DNA of 64,000 bases from the IMG/VR virus record IMGVR_UViG_3300013126_004149, positions 6,369-70,368 of that record; one strand, given 5' to 3'. The stretch comes from a virus. The translations under genes and the position numbers were made by a program. Every line of letters begins with the position of its first letter. Within the stretch, counting starts at the first letter, position 1. Shown here in pieces: positions 31,653-42,661 of this stretch. The notes under the pieces are model-generated. The model saw only the letters and a list, made by a program, of their open reading frames with translations, searched no databases and was not told the origin of the DNA.

Positions 31653-32711
31653 ATGAATAAAATACATATAGAGTATTCGTGTTTCGATATAGATGATAAT
31701 CTATTACATATGCCAACAAAAATAAATATGATTAATTTATCAAATGGTGATAAAGTTGGTGTTTCATCAGAAGAATTTGCTGAAATAAGAGGTGATAAAG
31801 AAAATTGGAAATTAGCAGATGATGCTTTTATTGAATTTAGAGATAATGGACCAAGAGGGGATCGGGCTTTTATTGAAGATATGATATATTCAATTAATAA
31901 TAAAAATTTCGCACCATCATGGTATAAATTTTTAAATACTCTTAAAAATGGATTTTTATTTTCTTTAATTACCGCCAGAGGTCATAAACCTGATACTTTT
32001 AAAAGAGGAGTTGAATGGATAATAGATAATGTATTTAGTGAAGATGATAAGTATGAAATGTATAATAATCTTAAAAAATATATACATTTATTTAGAGGAT
32101 CTCAATCATTAATTAATACAAAATCTGATGAAATATTAAAAAGTAAAAATGATGAAGATAATTTTAAAATTGATAAAATTGATTATAATAATTTTTCAAA
32201 AAATTATATAATTCAAAATTATTTAAATAATTGCTCTTTTTATGGTGTTAGCTATGAGGGTTTTATAGAAAAACATAAATCAGGTGGTGCTGATTCACCT
32301 GAAATTGGTAAAGAAATTGCTATAAAGGAATTTAAAAGAAAGATCAAGGATTATGCTGATAAAATAGGAGCTACAATTAGTTTTGGAATGAGTGATGATG
32401 ATATGAAAAATATTACACATCTAGAAAATGTTTTTAAAGAGTTGAAAAGTGTTTATCCGGATACTATATTTAGATTATATGACACATCTAAAAGAGGTTA
32501 TATAAAAAGAGTAATAGAAAAAAGAATAAAAACATTTGAAGAGTTTTCATCAGCGGTTTTAAACCTACCAAACGCGGCTATGTCTGGTGGTATGAATAGT
32601 CAGAATCCATTTGAAACATCAAAAATTCAACAATCGAAAATATTAAAAAAATTATCTGAAGATATTTTTGGAAAACACAAAAATAAGAAAAAAGGGGATA
32701 AAAAAAATTAA
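31653..32711 (+). CDS. HAD-superfamily phosphatase-like protein
   Basis: FDIDDNL (DxD motif I), ITARGH (motif II), K and GMSDDD (motif IV). Confidence 0.65.
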   Translation: MNKIHIEYSCFDIDDNLLHMPTKINMINLSNGDKVGVSSEEFAEIRGDKENWKLADDAFIEFRDNGPRGDRAFIEDMIYSINNKNFAPSWYKFLNTLKNGFLFSLITARGHKPDTFKRGVEWIIDNVFSEDDKYEMYNNLKKYIHLFRGSQSLINTKSDEILKSKNDEDNFKIDKIDYNNFSKNYIIQNYLNNCSFYGVSYEGFIEKHKSGGADSPEIGKEIAIKEFKRKIKDYADKIGATISFGMSDDDMKNITHLENVFKELKSVYPDTIFRLYDTSKRGYIKRVIEKRIKTFEEFSSAVLNLPNAAMSGGMNSQNPFETSKIQQSKILKKLSEDIFGKHKNKKKGDKKN

Positions 32712-32736
32712 TATATAAAAATAAAAAATAAAAATT

Positions 32737-32958
32737 ATGACAGTTAGATTATTAACAGAAGAACAAAAAGATCAATTAGTTGGTCAAACTTATGACGGGG
32801 TTCAATTTTTTAACCCAACTCAAGATGCTGATGGAAATTGGTTTATCTCAAATGAAGAAGTTGCACAATGTGTAAATTTTGAATGGGTATCTTCTTTACC
32901 TGAAATTGAATACAAACCAGTAGTTGTTGAATTACCTACAACACCATCTGCTGAGTAA
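32737..32958 (+). CDS. Small conserved-looking phage protein
   Basis: LLTEEQKDQLVGQ...FFNPTQDADGNWFISNEE, with a TAATATATA motif upstream. Confidence 0.65.
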   Translation: MTVRLLTEEQKDQLVGQTYDGVQFFNPTQDADGNWFISNEEVAQCVNFEWVSSLPEIEYKPVVVELPTTPSAE

Positions 32959-33006
32959 TAAATTATTTATAAAAATTAAAAAGATCTTTTTTTTTATATA
33001 TACATT

Positions 33007-34854
33007 ATGAAACTATTTAATTATTTTGAGTTCTTATTTGAATCCGATAGTAGTGGTAAAATGAGAATATTTTATTCTGATGAATTTAGAAATCTTCTGA
33101 AAAAGATTTCAGATAATAAAAATGTGGAGAATGAAACTCCAAGAGTTATATCTGAAAAATTGCTTAGTTCTGAAGCAAAAAGTGAAATATTAGACACATA
33201 TACTTTAATTGATATCACTGATAAAAATGATAAAATCTCTTATGTGCAAACAAATAGAATTTTAAGAGATACCGGATTAAAAGATATATCTGGATTTCAA
33301 CCTGGATCAGACTATAAATTCTGGAAAGAAGGAAGAACTCCTGAGTTTGGTATAGGTAGATGGGTTAGAAGAGTTTTTGCTGAAGTTATAAAAGCTCCAC
33401 TTACTGATCCAAAAATAGAACTTTTTGTTAATGCTTACAAGTCAGTTTATGATTCAAGAACAGCTATTGATTTGAGTGTTGTTGAAGGTGAAGATATTAG
33501 AACTAATTATTTAGAATCCAATTATTTAGAAATTAAAGGTCAATTAGGTAACTCTTGTATGAGATATGAAGGATGTCAATCTTATTTAGATATTTATGTC
33601 CAAAATCCACAAGTTTGTAAACTACTTGTCTTAAAAGAAGGTGGTAAAGTTAAAGGTAGAGCTCTTCTTTGGAATCTTTCTAATGGTAAAAAATACATAG
33701 ATAGAATTTATACTATACAAGATTCTGATAAAAACATCTTTAAGGAGTGGGCTGAGAGTAATGGATTTGATATAAATTATGATATGTCAACCTCTAATCT
33801 TAATTTATCAGTTAACTTAAAAACCAGTAGCTTTGATAAGTATCCTTATATGGATACATTTGAGTATTATGATGATCAAAATGGTATTCTTTATGAAGAG
33901 ATTCCTGATATGCATGAAGATAAAGAAATTCTAAGATTGAAAAGTACAAGTGGTGTCTATGAAACAATATCTGGTAGTCATGAAGGACAAGTTCGTGATA
34001 TTGAAGGTGAGTGGATTGATGAAGATGATGCTCGTTGGTGTGATGATGTTGATGGGTGGGTTTGGTATGAAAATACTTATTGGTTAGATTATTTAGATAT
34101 ATATGTTTCTGAAAGAGCGGATGTTAGATATAGTGAATATCACCAATCAGATTTTTATGCAAATGATGTTATACATAATGAAGAAACAGATGATTATTAT
34201 TACCCTGAGTATGATGATATAGTTGAGTATTTCATAAGACCGGATGAGACTTCTTGTATACCTAAGAGTGATTTACAATATTATTTCGAATTTGATGAAG
34301 AAAGATGGTCTAGAAAATCTTTCGTGATAGATCCATATAACGGTGAATTACATTGGAGAAAAAAGGAGATTGATGGTAAAAAATATGAAGATATTTTAGA
34401 TGAGAAAATAAAAGCGGAGTTAAATCTACCGGATAGATTTCATACAATTGCTAAATTAGAAAATTTCAGAATTGAGATGGCTAAGGATATGATTGAAAGC
34501 TCTCAATTAGCTAAAACTGAAATAAAAAGAGTTAGAGATATTTACAAAAGACGTAATGATAAACTTGATAAAAATTGGTATTATTTTTTAGCACCAATTA
34601 TCTATATAAGTGTTTGGGGAGCCACATCTGGTCACCCGCGAAACTATTATCGAGATGAAGATAAATTAAAAATATCATCAATTGTTGATATGTTAGGTTA
34701 TTCTGATAATACTAAAAAAGATATAAAAAAATGGTTAGATAATAGATACAGAGAATATTATTTTAGTACAAATATGTTTACGGTTTGTAATGCTATTGAA
34801 CCAACTTTCTTTGGTGATAAAGTATATAAGAAGTACTTATACTTAAAGATGTAA
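33007..34854 (+). CDS. Hypothetical phage protein (GxLxNSCMRY...GRALLW family)
   Basis: 615 aa with motifs GQLGNSCMRY, GRALLW, YIDRIY and YPYMDTF; function unknown. Confidence 0.6.
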   Translation: MKLFNYFEFLFESDSSGKMRIFYSDEFRNLLKKISDNKNVENETPRVISEKLLSSEAKSEILDTYTLIDITDKNDKISYVQTNRILRDTGLKDISGFQPGSDYKFWKEGRTPEFGIGRWVRRVFAEVIKAPLTDPKIELFVNAYKSVYDSRTAIDLSVVEGEDIRTNYLESNYLEIKGQLGNSCMRYEGCQSYLDIYVQNPQVCKLLVLKEGGKVKGRALLWNLSNGKKYIDRIYTIQDSDKNIFKEWAESNGFDINYDMSTSNLNLSVNLKTSSFDKYPYMDTFEYYDDQNGILYEEIPDMHEDKEILRLKSTSGVYETISGSHEGQVRDIEGEWIDEDDARWCDDVDGWVWYENTYWLDYLDIYVSERADVRYSEYHQSDFYANDVIHNEETDDYYYPEYDDIVEYFIRPDETSCIPKSDLQYYFEFDEERWSRKSFVIDPYNGELHWRKKEIDGKKYEDILDEKIKAELNLPDRFHTIAKLENFRIEMAKDMIESSQLAKTEIKRVRDIYKRRNDKLDKNWYYFLAPIIYISVWGATSGHPRNYYRDEDKLKISSIVDMLGYSDNTKKDIKKWLDNRYREYYFSTNMFTVCNAIEPTFFGDKVYKKYLYLKM

Positions 34855-34857
34855 AAA

Positions 34858-35109
34858 TTGAAAAAGATTAATATAGAAAATTTACCGGAAATTGAGGGTG
34901 ATAAAGCAAACCATTTTATTTATGGTTTGCTTATTTATTTTATATCATCTTTATTATTTGGTGATGTTGTTGGTTTATCTCTTTGCTTTATATCAGCTGT
35001 TGGTAAAGAGATTTATGACCATTTGAGTCCATTACATAAATGGTGTTGGTGGGACTTAATATGGACTATAATGGGTGGTTTAATTGGATTTTTAATCCAT
35101 ATTAATTAG
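34858..35109 (+). CDS. Small membrane protein
   Basis: DKANHF...GKEIYD...WDLIWT with three hydrophobic segments; TTG start. Confidence 0.6.
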   Translation: MKKINIENLPEIEGDKANHFIYGLLIYFISSLLFGDVVGLSLCFISAVGKEIYDHLSPLHKWCWWDLIWTIMGGLIGFLIHIN

Positions 35110-35882
35110 TTCCAAAAACTTGAAATATGGTGAACTGGATTAACAACCAAAACTGGTAAACCTAATTCGTTTAAGATAAGACGTTGTTCATCACTAAAGT
35201 AAAGTGGTGAAAATGAGTCACCTGTTTCGTTTACAATAGTAATTAAATTACATTCTTTTTCTTTAGCAACTTCAATAATTGATTTATCAAAATCTTCGTC
35301 TCTAACTTCTAGCGTGTAAGGTATAGAATATTCATTAAAAAACTTCTTAATAAACTTTTGAGAGTTTTTATTTCCAGGTAAACCCTTTCTCATAAGAACC
35401 ACAACTTCTGATTGGAAGTTTTTAGCAATTCTAGTAACGTGTAGTAACTTTTGTTTACTAGTATCTGTACTATCTATAGGTACTAAAATTTTTGTATAGG
35501 GTTTGGTATTTCCCTCCTGTACTATAATAAAGGGAGAATGGTTTTCTTCTTTATTTAGGATTTTAAATATATCACTACCCGTGATGTATTTTTGCCAGAT
35601 ATTTAAGCTATGTACTCCTATGAAGGTATATTTAGCGTGTATTTCATGTGAAAAGTTAACAATATCTTCAAATATATCACCAACTCTAACATGTGAAATT
35701 ACTTTATCATAGTTAGGAATTTTTTGAAATTTCTTTTCTGTTTTCTCTATATCTTTAACATCTTCTATAATGTGTACAATGTGTACTTGAGCTCCCATTT
35801 TTTCTGCGGTCATTAAAGCGTGTTCAACTGCGGTCTCTGCTGTTTTTGTAAAATCGTAAGCAACTAGGAAATTTGTTTTCAT
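35106..35882 (-). CDS. Universal stress protein (tandem USP domains)
   Basis: FLVAYDFTKTAETAVEHA, second domain KILVPID and terminal LPVLVVNP. Confidence 0.85.
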   Translation of the reverse strand: MKTNFLVAYDFTKTAETAVEHALMTAEKMGAQVHIVHIIEDVKDIEKTEKKFQKIPNYDKVISHVRVGDIFEDIVNFSHEIHAKYTFIGVHSLNIWQKYITGSDIFKILNKEENHSPFIIVQEGNTKPYTKILVPIDSTDTSKQKLLHVTRIAKNFQSEVVVLMRKGLPGNKNSQKFIKKFFNEYSIPYTLEVRDEDFDKSIIEVAKEKECNLITIVNETGDSFSPLYFSDEQRLILNELGLPVLVVNPVHHISSFWN

Positions 35883-35943
35883 ATCTTTTATTTTATTTTG
35901 TATAATCTATATATTGATACAAAATTACAAAAAAAAGTGAATA

Positions 35944-37140
35944 TTACAAGTATTTTAAATTATTAAATTTTTTATTATAATCAACTTCTTCCGAGTATCT
36001 CTTAGTTGATTTTGGTTTTGGAATCCATTTAACATCTAATTCATCTTTACTAAAAAAATCTGATAGTCCTAATTTAGAAAAAGCATTTTCAACAAGTGTT
36101 GAGAGTTTGTTTAAATCCTTTACTTTACTTATTCTGTGTAGTAATTTATATGGATCGCTATCATTTTTTTTATCTACAATATCTTCAAATAGTTTTTTCC
36201 ATAGAAAAACAGCCCATCCTTCTTTTATTTTTTGTTCTGATTTTCTCCAACCGGCATCATCATTATCAAAAAAGTATTGTAAATCCAACTCATTATTCTC
36301 TAAGAATTTAGAATCTGTGTTAACGCCCACCATTCCAATTGAATTTGGAAAAAATAATGAATCTATATAACCTTCAAAAACTGTTATTTTTTCTATAAAA
36401 TTAATATTTAAAATATTAAAATAGTAAGATAATTTATTATAAATAACTAATTTGCTTATATCTAAATCAATTGGATTTTCTTTACCTATATTAACCCACT
36501 CCAATATGTTTTCATAGTTAAATATTTTAAACATTCTTCTTTTACCTTCTTTCAAGTTTCTTATTTGAAGTCCTAAGACTTTATTATCTCTTCTATTTAA
36601 CATAACAATAATCCACTCGCTTTCATCTTCATTTTTCCACCACTTAGCTTGGTAAATATTCTTATGTAAGTGTGGTTGTATTCCTCTACCAACTAAATAT
36701 TTATAAACTCCACTATTTGTTTGTATTGGTTTAAAGTCTGATATGGGAGTTAGATCTTGGTTAAATACTCTTTCTAATTCAGAAATTTCTATTAAATCAT
36801 CCAATTTAGCATCAACAAAATCCCCTTCATAATCAGAATAAGTCATAACACTATTTAAGTGTTCTATCATTTCCAACTTTTTATCTGGATCAATTTGCTC
36901 ATTAAAATCTTTACAAAATTTATCTAATGTTGTTTTTCTATTGCAATTAAAGCAAACATAAAGCAGTTTATCAAAATAGAGATTTCCTCTCTTAGCGTAT
37001 TTATTTTTATGTGAATCTCCACAACATGGTGCGCAAAAGTTTATTCGATTATTATAGTCTACAATTTTTCTTCTAGCTGGGTCAACGAATTCTTTATCTA
37101 GTATTTTTTGTATTAAACTTTTAATGTAGTTTTTATCCAT
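35944..37140 (-). CDS. DNA primase, T4 gp61-like
   Basis: Zn finger CAPCCGDS...YVCFNC; TOPRIM VFEGYIDSLF...FFDNDDAG; KDLN. Confidence 0.85.
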   Translation of the reverse strand: MDKNYIKSLIQKILDKEFVDPARRKIVDYNNRINFCAPCCGDSHKNKYAKRGNLYFDKLLYVCFNCNRKTTLDKFCKDFNEQIDPDKKLEMIEHLNSVMTYSDYEGDFVDAKLDDLIEISELERVFNQDLTPISDFKPIQTNSGVYKYLVGRGIQPHLHKNIYQAKWWKNEDESEWIIVMLNRRDNKVLGLQIRNLKEGKRRMFKIFNYENILEWVNIGKENPIDLDISKLVIYNKLSYYFNILNINFIEKITVFEGYIDSLFFPNSIGMVGVNTDSKFLENNELDLQYFFDNDDAGWRKSEQKIKEGWAVFLWKKLFEDIVDKKNDSDPYKLLHRISKVKDLNKLSTLVENAFSKLGLSDFFSKDELDVKWIPKPKSTKRYSEEVDYNKKFNNLKYL

Positions 37141-37194
37141 ATTGGTTTTATCATTATTCTATATTTAAGTTTTAATATATAAAAATAAAAAGTT

Positions 37195-37500
37195 ATGAAA
37201 AAAATTAAATGGTTTTTTAAAGAGTTATTACTTATTTATTCTAATAAGCCTTCTTTTTTCTCTAAGAAAAGAATAGAATCTGGTATATCATATTTAATTG
37301 CCCAAATTGGTATGATATTCTTTTTATGTGCTAAATATGATACTTTAACTATGGGTGAATTTATTTTATGGGCTGGTGCTGAGTTTGCAGTAGCTGGATA
37401 TATTATAAATAAAATTCAAAAAGAAAAGAGTTTAGAAGAAGTTACTGGTGATTTAGAAGAATCGGTAGATGATGAATCTAGTGAAGAAGAATTAAAATAA
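37195..37500 (+). CDS. Putative holin-like two-TM membrane protein
   Basis: SFFSKKRIES followed by two hydrophobic helices and a charged tail. Confidence 0.45.
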   Translation: MKKIKWFFKELLLIYSNKPSFFSKKRIESGISYLIAQIGMIFFLCAKYDTLTMGEFILWAGAEFAVAGYIINKIQKEKSLEEVTGDLEESVDDESSEEELK

Positions 37501-37527
37501 AAAACCACTCAATGAGTGGTTTTTTTT
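37499..37527. terminator. Bidirectional intrinsic terminator
   Basis: AAAAAACCACTC-AAT-GAGTGGTTTTTTTT. Confidence 0.85.
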
Positions 37528-37528
37528 A

Positions 37529-38281
37529 TTATAATTTAGTTCTAAATCTATTTCTATAACTTTTAGATTCATTTCTAACTCCAGTCTCTTCAACATCAAC
37601 TACTACACCACTTCTTGCCTCAGCTTCTGGATCTTGACCAGTTTGAGTTTCAAATTTAGGAGTTTCATCTTCATCTGGTAAATTTTGATCAGCTGGTAAT
37701 TCTTCAGTTTCTGTTTCAATTGTGTCTTCTGGGTTAAAATCTAAAGACTCTCTTTTTGCTTGAACTTGAGCTTGTGCTCTTTGAGCTTGAGCTTGAATTC
37801 TTCTTTCTTGTTTAGCTTGAGCTTCTGATTGAGCCTCTGGGTTATTTAAATATTCAATTACATCTTCTGCTGAAGAAGTTGGAACTAATTTAGTACCTTC
37901 TTTTTTAATTTTTCTAACACCATCAACTTCAAATTCACCTGTTTCTGAAGGTAAAGTAATTTCATGTCCTTGGTATTTAAGAATATTGTTCATTAATTCA
38001 GATCCTTCTAAAGTATCATGTAAATATTCTAAGTTATCTTCAACACCTTCTTCAGAAACTTCTAAAGTATCATTTGAGTTATCCTCAGCTTCAGCATTTG
38101 GATCTGGGTTAACTGATGGAGTTGGAATAGTATATCTCTCTCTTCTCTTATCAGGAGTTTCTGTTGGAGTTTCTGTTGGAGTTTCTGTTGGAGCGGTCTC
38201 TGGTTTAACAGGAGCTTCGGTTTCTTGATTTTCATTGATTTTTATAAAATCATTATATCTTTTTAATAAATTTTTTCTCAT
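37529..38281 (-). CDS. Acidic low-complexity protein (possible head-internal/core protein)
   Basis: PTET tandem repeats and a QAQA tract; N-terminal KRYNDFIKINE motif. Confidence 0.6.
   Translation of the reverse strand: MRKNLLKRYNDFIKINENQETEAPVKPETAPTETPTETPTETPDKRRERYTIPTPSVNPDPNAEAEDNSNDTLEVSEEGVEDNLEYLHDTLEGSELMNNILKYQGHEITLPSETGEFEVDGVRKIKKEGTKLVPTSSAEDVIEYLNNPEAQSEAQAKQERRIQAQAQRAQAQVQAKRESLDFNPEDTIETETEELPADQNLPDEDETPKFETQTGQDPEAEARSGVVVDVEETGVRNESKSYRNRFRTKL
38152..38191. repeat. 12-bp tandem repeat (GGAGTTTCTGTT x3) encoding TETP
   Basis: Visible directly in the sequence. Confidence 0.8.
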
Positions 38282-38315
38282 TTTTTAATTTATTTTTTTT
38301 TTATATATTAAATTT

Positions 38316-38792
38316 TTAATCCCTATTTTGATCTATTTCACCTATAACATAATCTAAAAAATTATCCAATTCATATTCATATCCTCTACATAATGTGAAT
38401 ATGTCTTCTTTTTTACCACTATCATTTAAATAGAATTCTGGCATAACGAATCCAGAGTTATCATGATAAAGTATATAACCATTTAGTAAATAGGTATTTT
38501 CAGTTTTTGGCTCTGTATAGTAGATATTCCCATGGTATTTGATATATTCATCATCTATTTCTTTGTTTTGAAATTCAAACTTAAACATATCAGAATCATC
38601 ATTAAAAACATTTTCGCTTTCAGATTTTATTAATTCTTTATGTATTTCTTCTTCTGAACCTGTTTTATGAGCATCTAAAAAATCCTTTTCAAGTTGTGAA
38701 AGTGATTTAATACCATGTTTTGATATTTTATCAAGTAAATCATCAACTCGTTGTTGAGTTGAATATCCTTCATATCTCATTAGATGTTTCAT
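38316..38792 (-). CDS. Hypothetical protein with DUF6576-like motif
   Basis: VDDLLDKISKHGIKSLSQLEKDFL. Confidence 0.6.
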   Translation of the reverse strand: MKHLMRYEGYSTQQRVDDLLDKISKHGIKSLSQLEKDFLDAHKTGSEEEIHKELIKSESENVFNDDSDMFKFEFQNKEIDDEYIKYHGNIYYTEPKTENTYLLNGYILYHDNSGFVMPEFYLNDSGKKEDIFTLCRGYEYELDNFLDYVIGEIDQNRD

Positions 38793-38807
38793 AATCTATA
38801 TATTAAA

Positions 38808-39176
38808 TTATATATTTACTTTTCCTTTAAAATCTCGGTATAGGGGATCATAGTTGGATTTTAATATTATTTTTTCTTTTATAGATTTATATGTCTCCAT
38901 AACATATCCATTTGTTAAATAAATAGCAACTGTATTTTTTTCTATTAAATCTGGATCAAATTTATCATCTATATCATATAGGATATTTTTTATTTTTTTA
39001 TCTCTTCTATACTTAATAACTTCATCTTTCCAAGATTTAATAAAAAATATTAGAAATTCACCGGAATCATCATTGTGTTTTCTAATCATTTCAAAATCTA
39101 TACCATCATAGAAATAAATATCATAATTCATATGGTTTATTTTTTCAATCAAAGTCAAACTCATCGAATATATCAT
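38808..39176 (-). CDS. Hypothetical protein
   Basis: Contains RRDKKIKNIL; start uncertain (may be the Met of MNYDIY). Confidence 0.55.
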   Translation of the reverse strand: MIYSMSLTLIEKINHMNYDIYFYDGIDFEMIRKHNDDSGEFLIFFIKSWKDEVIKYRRDKKIKNILYDIDDKFDPDLIEKNTVAIYLTNGYVMETYKSIKEKIILKSNYDPLYRDFKGKVNI

Positions 39177-39366
39177 CTATTTTTTTATCTCTATTGCTTT
39201 TTATTTGCTCTCCTTCAAAAAGTCTATCTTCCATTTTAATTTTAAAACTCTCAAAGCAATCTCTACTTATCTTCATAAGAGCATAAGCTCCTTTTGATAT
39301 TTTACCATCGTTTAACTTCTCACCTAAATAATTTAGATAAAGCGGATATAATTTTTCATTTTTCAT
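39145..39366 (-). CDS. Small hypothetical protein
   Basis: Ends NRDKKIDDIFDEFDFD. Confidence 0.6.
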   Translation of the reverse strand: MKNEKLYPLYLNYLGEKLNDGKISKGAYALMKISRDCFESFKIKMEDRLFEGEQIKSNRDKKIDDIFDEFDFD

Positions 39367-39398
39367 ATTTTTATATATTAGGAGTTAATATATACATT

Positions 39399-40274
39399 AT
39401 GAAAATTTTTAATTATAAGCAGTTTAATGAATCCGACTTATTTACTGGTAGTGGTATAGATTCATATGATTCCTCTATAAAAGGAGTAGCTAATAGAAAA
39501 TATATTATAGATAAAATATCAGGTCTAAAATATTTTTTAGTGGATGATCTCGAATTAAAAAGAGATATAATGAAATTATTAGAAGAGTTAGGAACTTCAG
39601 CTGATAGAAATGATGATTATCAATTAGGTCTTTCTATTTTATATAAAACTGGTAAATTTAAAGATATAAAATTTGAAAATGGTCGATATGAAACCGATAA
39701 GTTTAAAAACTTATTTCAAGTTAAAACCGAAAGCGGTGAATATGATCCTGTTAATAAATTAAATACTAATTATAGTGATTTAGCTGAATTAATATATGAT
39801 ATTTTAGAAAAAGAAGGTAAAATTGAATTTATTGAAAATTTAGATGTGCAAAATCTAAAATCTTGGTTGTTAAATTTTATTAAAAATAACTCAATTATTG
39901 ATTTAATAAAAAAATGGAAAATTAACCTCAGAAAATATATTTCAAATAATAGAAGAAATAGTGAGCTTGGTGAAGCTAATGAGAACTTTGTAAGTGAAAA
40001 ATTATCTGAATTAGGATGTAAAGTTTTATATCAAGGTGGTGATGGTGACTTCGTTGATATGATATATGGTATTGATTTGATAGTTGAAAAAGAAGTATCA
40101 GGTGAGATGAAAATATTTCTAGTTCAAATTAAGTCATCTGAAAAAGATATTCAATATGCTCTTAATAAATTTCAATATAATAATATTGATTGGTTCGCTT
40201 GTCCAGTTTGGGTAGATAGAAAAAAAGTTGTAAAGATATTCTCACATAGGAATAGAGTGGGTAAAATAATATAA
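39399..40274 (+). CDS. Hypothetical protein with C-terminal PD-(D/E)xK-like nuclease motif
   Basis: Probable start is ATG 39399 (MKIFNYKQFNES); GEANE...GIDLIV...LVQIKS. Confidence 0.5.
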   Translation: MKIFNYKQFNESDLFTGSGIDSYDSSIKGVANRKYIIDKISGLKYFLVDDLELKRDIMKLLEELGTSADRNDDYQLGLSILYKTGKFKDIKFENGRYETDKFKNLFQVKTESGEYDPVNKLNTNYSDLAELIYDILEKEGKIEFIENLDVQNLKSWLLNFIKNNSIIDLIKKWKINLRKYISNNRRNSELGEANENFVSEKLSELGCKVLYQGGDGDFVDMIYGIDLIVEKEVSGEMKIFLVQIKSSEKDIQYALNKFQYNNIDWFACPVWVDRKKVVKIFSHRNRVGKII

Positions 40275-40304
40275 AAAAGAGGGTTATTTCTAACCCTCTT
40301 TTTT
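40273..40304. terminator. Bidirectional intrinsic terminator
   Basis: AAAAAAGAGGGTTA-TTTC-TAACCCTCTTTTTT. Confidence 0.8.
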
Positions 40305-41511
40305 ATTTTCCAAATCCACTGAATATGTCCATCACAATAGATAATCTCTCTGTTATCTCCGGCATTCCCAATGGTTCAATAATTGAGTTTATTGGGGATA
40401 AGATACTCTTAGCAAACTGGAGGTCATAATCAATAAGAGGGGCGAACTCTATTGGATATGATCCCCTTATATAAGCAAAAATATCACCATTTGATTTATT
40501 CTTACAATAATAATATTTAATCTTTGTTCCAGATTTAATCATTTCATACTTATCAGCATACTTTTTATTTGTATGTAAAAGATAATTATAAAGAGCTGCA
40601 GCCTTAACTGCAAAATGAGATCCACCCACAAACTCAAGCGGTAATGTCTTATCATTAAGAACCTTATTCTCATAATTTGAACAAGATGATTGCATCGCTA
40701 TATCATCAATATCAGCTAACTCAAACTCTTTTCTTAAATCTTTAACTAATTTAAGTAAATCTTTAATGTTAAATGTATCTGGATGTTCAAATAAATACCT
40801 AACAATTCCAACAATTTTCTCTCTAGCAAAAAGAGGAGTTGACGATCTAACTAATTCCACACCTTTAGGGAATAAATAGTTAAATCTATCAAATGGAATA
40901 CCATCTTCATAAAGAATATGTTGAATATATTTCTTCTTAGCGATTGATATAATCGATTCAGATATCCTCTCTAACTCAAAATCCTCTTTATTCTCTACAC
41001 CAAATCCAGCCGCATATTCCTCTAAACACTTTTTAAAATACCCACCATATCTAAAATGATCTATACCCTGTATATAATCTAACTCACTAGACCAATTCCA
41101 TTGTATATCACATGTAAATACTCCAGAATCTATTAATTTAATTAAATCCCAGTTTTTAACGAAATGACCATCTATTATTATCTCTTTATAATCCAACTTT
41201 AACAACTCCTTAAATTCATCTATGTTTTTTGCTATTCCTAAACATTTATCATTATCACAATTTATCTCATTATTTGTTAAAATAATAAAATTATTCTCTT
41301 TCCAGTCTAAATCATTAATTATTAAATCTCTCCAATTTGAATGATCCATGGCTGGTTTAAATGATACAAAAAGTGAATTATGAACTAATATATCATTAGC
41401 TATAAAAGTATGTGTCTCATCATCAACTTCCACATCATATACATACTCATCATCAAAAAATCCAATTTGCTCACAAGACTCAATTTCCTCTATTATGTAA
41501 TTTTTATTCAT
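40303..41511 (-). CDS. polB: Family B DNA polymerase C-terminal fragment with split-intein C-half (45 aa)
   Basis: YVYDVEVDDETHTFIANDILVHN|SLFVSF, then FELE, AKKKY, KGVELVRSSTP and IDYDLQF. Confidence 0.92.
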   Translation of the reverse strand: MNKNYIIEEIESCEQIGFFDDEYVYDVEVDDETHTFIANDILVHNSLFVSFKPAMDHSNWRDLIINDLDWKENNFIILTNNEINCDNDKCLGIAKNIDEFKELLKLDYKEIIIDGHFVKNWDLIKLIDSGVFTCDIQWNWSSELDYIQGIDHFRYGGYFKKCLEEYAAGFGVENKEDFELERISESIISIAKKKYIQHILYEDGIPFDRFNYLFPKGVELVRSSTPLFAREKIVGIVRYLFEHPDTFNIKDLLKLVKDLRKEFELADIDDIAMQSSCSNYENKVLNDKTLPLEFVGGSHFAVKAAALYNYLLHTNKKYADKYEMIKSGTKIKYYYCKNKSNGDIFAYIRGSYPIEFAPLIDYDLQFAKSILSPINSIIEPLGMPEITERLSIVMDIFSGFGK

Positions 41512-42619
41512 ATATTTCCTTTATTATTTTATCAACCGTTATATCTATACCATCTCTATTTAAATCATCTTCCCAAATTATAATTAATTTTTTTAGTTTT
41601 GTTCTTAAAAAATCATTCTTAATTCTATCCTTTTCCCATATATCCTTTGCATTTAGACCACTTTCTAATGGAAATGGCATATCATCTGATTTATATTTTT
41701 TTGGATTAGCATGCCAAATATCTCCATTAAACTCTATCCCTATATTTAATTCTCTTATGAAAAAATCTATTAGATAATATTTTTTATTTTCCTTATCATA
41801 TGAGTACCACTCTTTATCCTTATAATAAATTCTATATGTTCCTTTATCTTGAATTCTAGATATCAATTCATCAAATAGTTTTATAGATAATTTTGAATAA
41901 CCACTATTGAATAGTCTTTTTTTGCAAAAATCATCATATATATTTTGACCGGCAAAATCGCCATGTTTTTCCATGAAATATTCAACAGTTGTTGTGTATT
42001 TTTGTCTATCGCAATAATCCATCCATTTTTTTAAACCCAATTCTTCTCCATGTCTATTTACTAAATTTTCAATAGTTACAGATCTTGATTTATTATATTC
42101 TTTAAATTCTTCTTTGGTCCAACCATATTTTTCTCTTTTATATTCAAATGTGTTTGTTAAAGCTTGTTTATCTCTATAAACTTTCCATTTTTTTGAACCT
42201 ATTTCACTTCCCCATTTTTTAATTAGATTTTCTTCAGTTATAGCATACTTGTTTTTCATCCATATTAAAGCAGTTTCATGATCTATACCAAATGCGTATT
42301 CTGTAATATAATTCATCTGATTAAAAACCCTAGATTTATTCTTTTCAGAATACTCTGGATATTTTTCGGTTAAACAATCTTCACAAACATTTAAATAATA
42401 ACACTTATCGACATTTTTAGAAGTTAAAAAAGATTTACCCTTTGGTTGAATTTCTTTTGATTTAAAAGTAAATGTAGAATCATAATAATATATTATATCA
42501 TTACAAATTCTACATTTTGGTTTATCTGAAAAATATTGATTAAATATTTCTCTATAACTATCTTTACTTTTATTTTTATTAAAATATTCTATAAATTCTT
42601 TATTAGTTTTCATATACAC
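41504..42619 (-). mobile_element. Free-standing Vsr-like (EDxHD-type) homing endonuclease between the polB intein halves
   Basis: IDFF...GIEFNGDIWHANP...WEKD...IIWE, with repeated K(W/H)GxExG helical modules. It overlaps the downstream fragment by 8 nt. Confidence 0.8.
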
Positions 42620-42661
42620 AGATACTTTTATTAGTATATATAAAAACTAAAACTGTCCCTT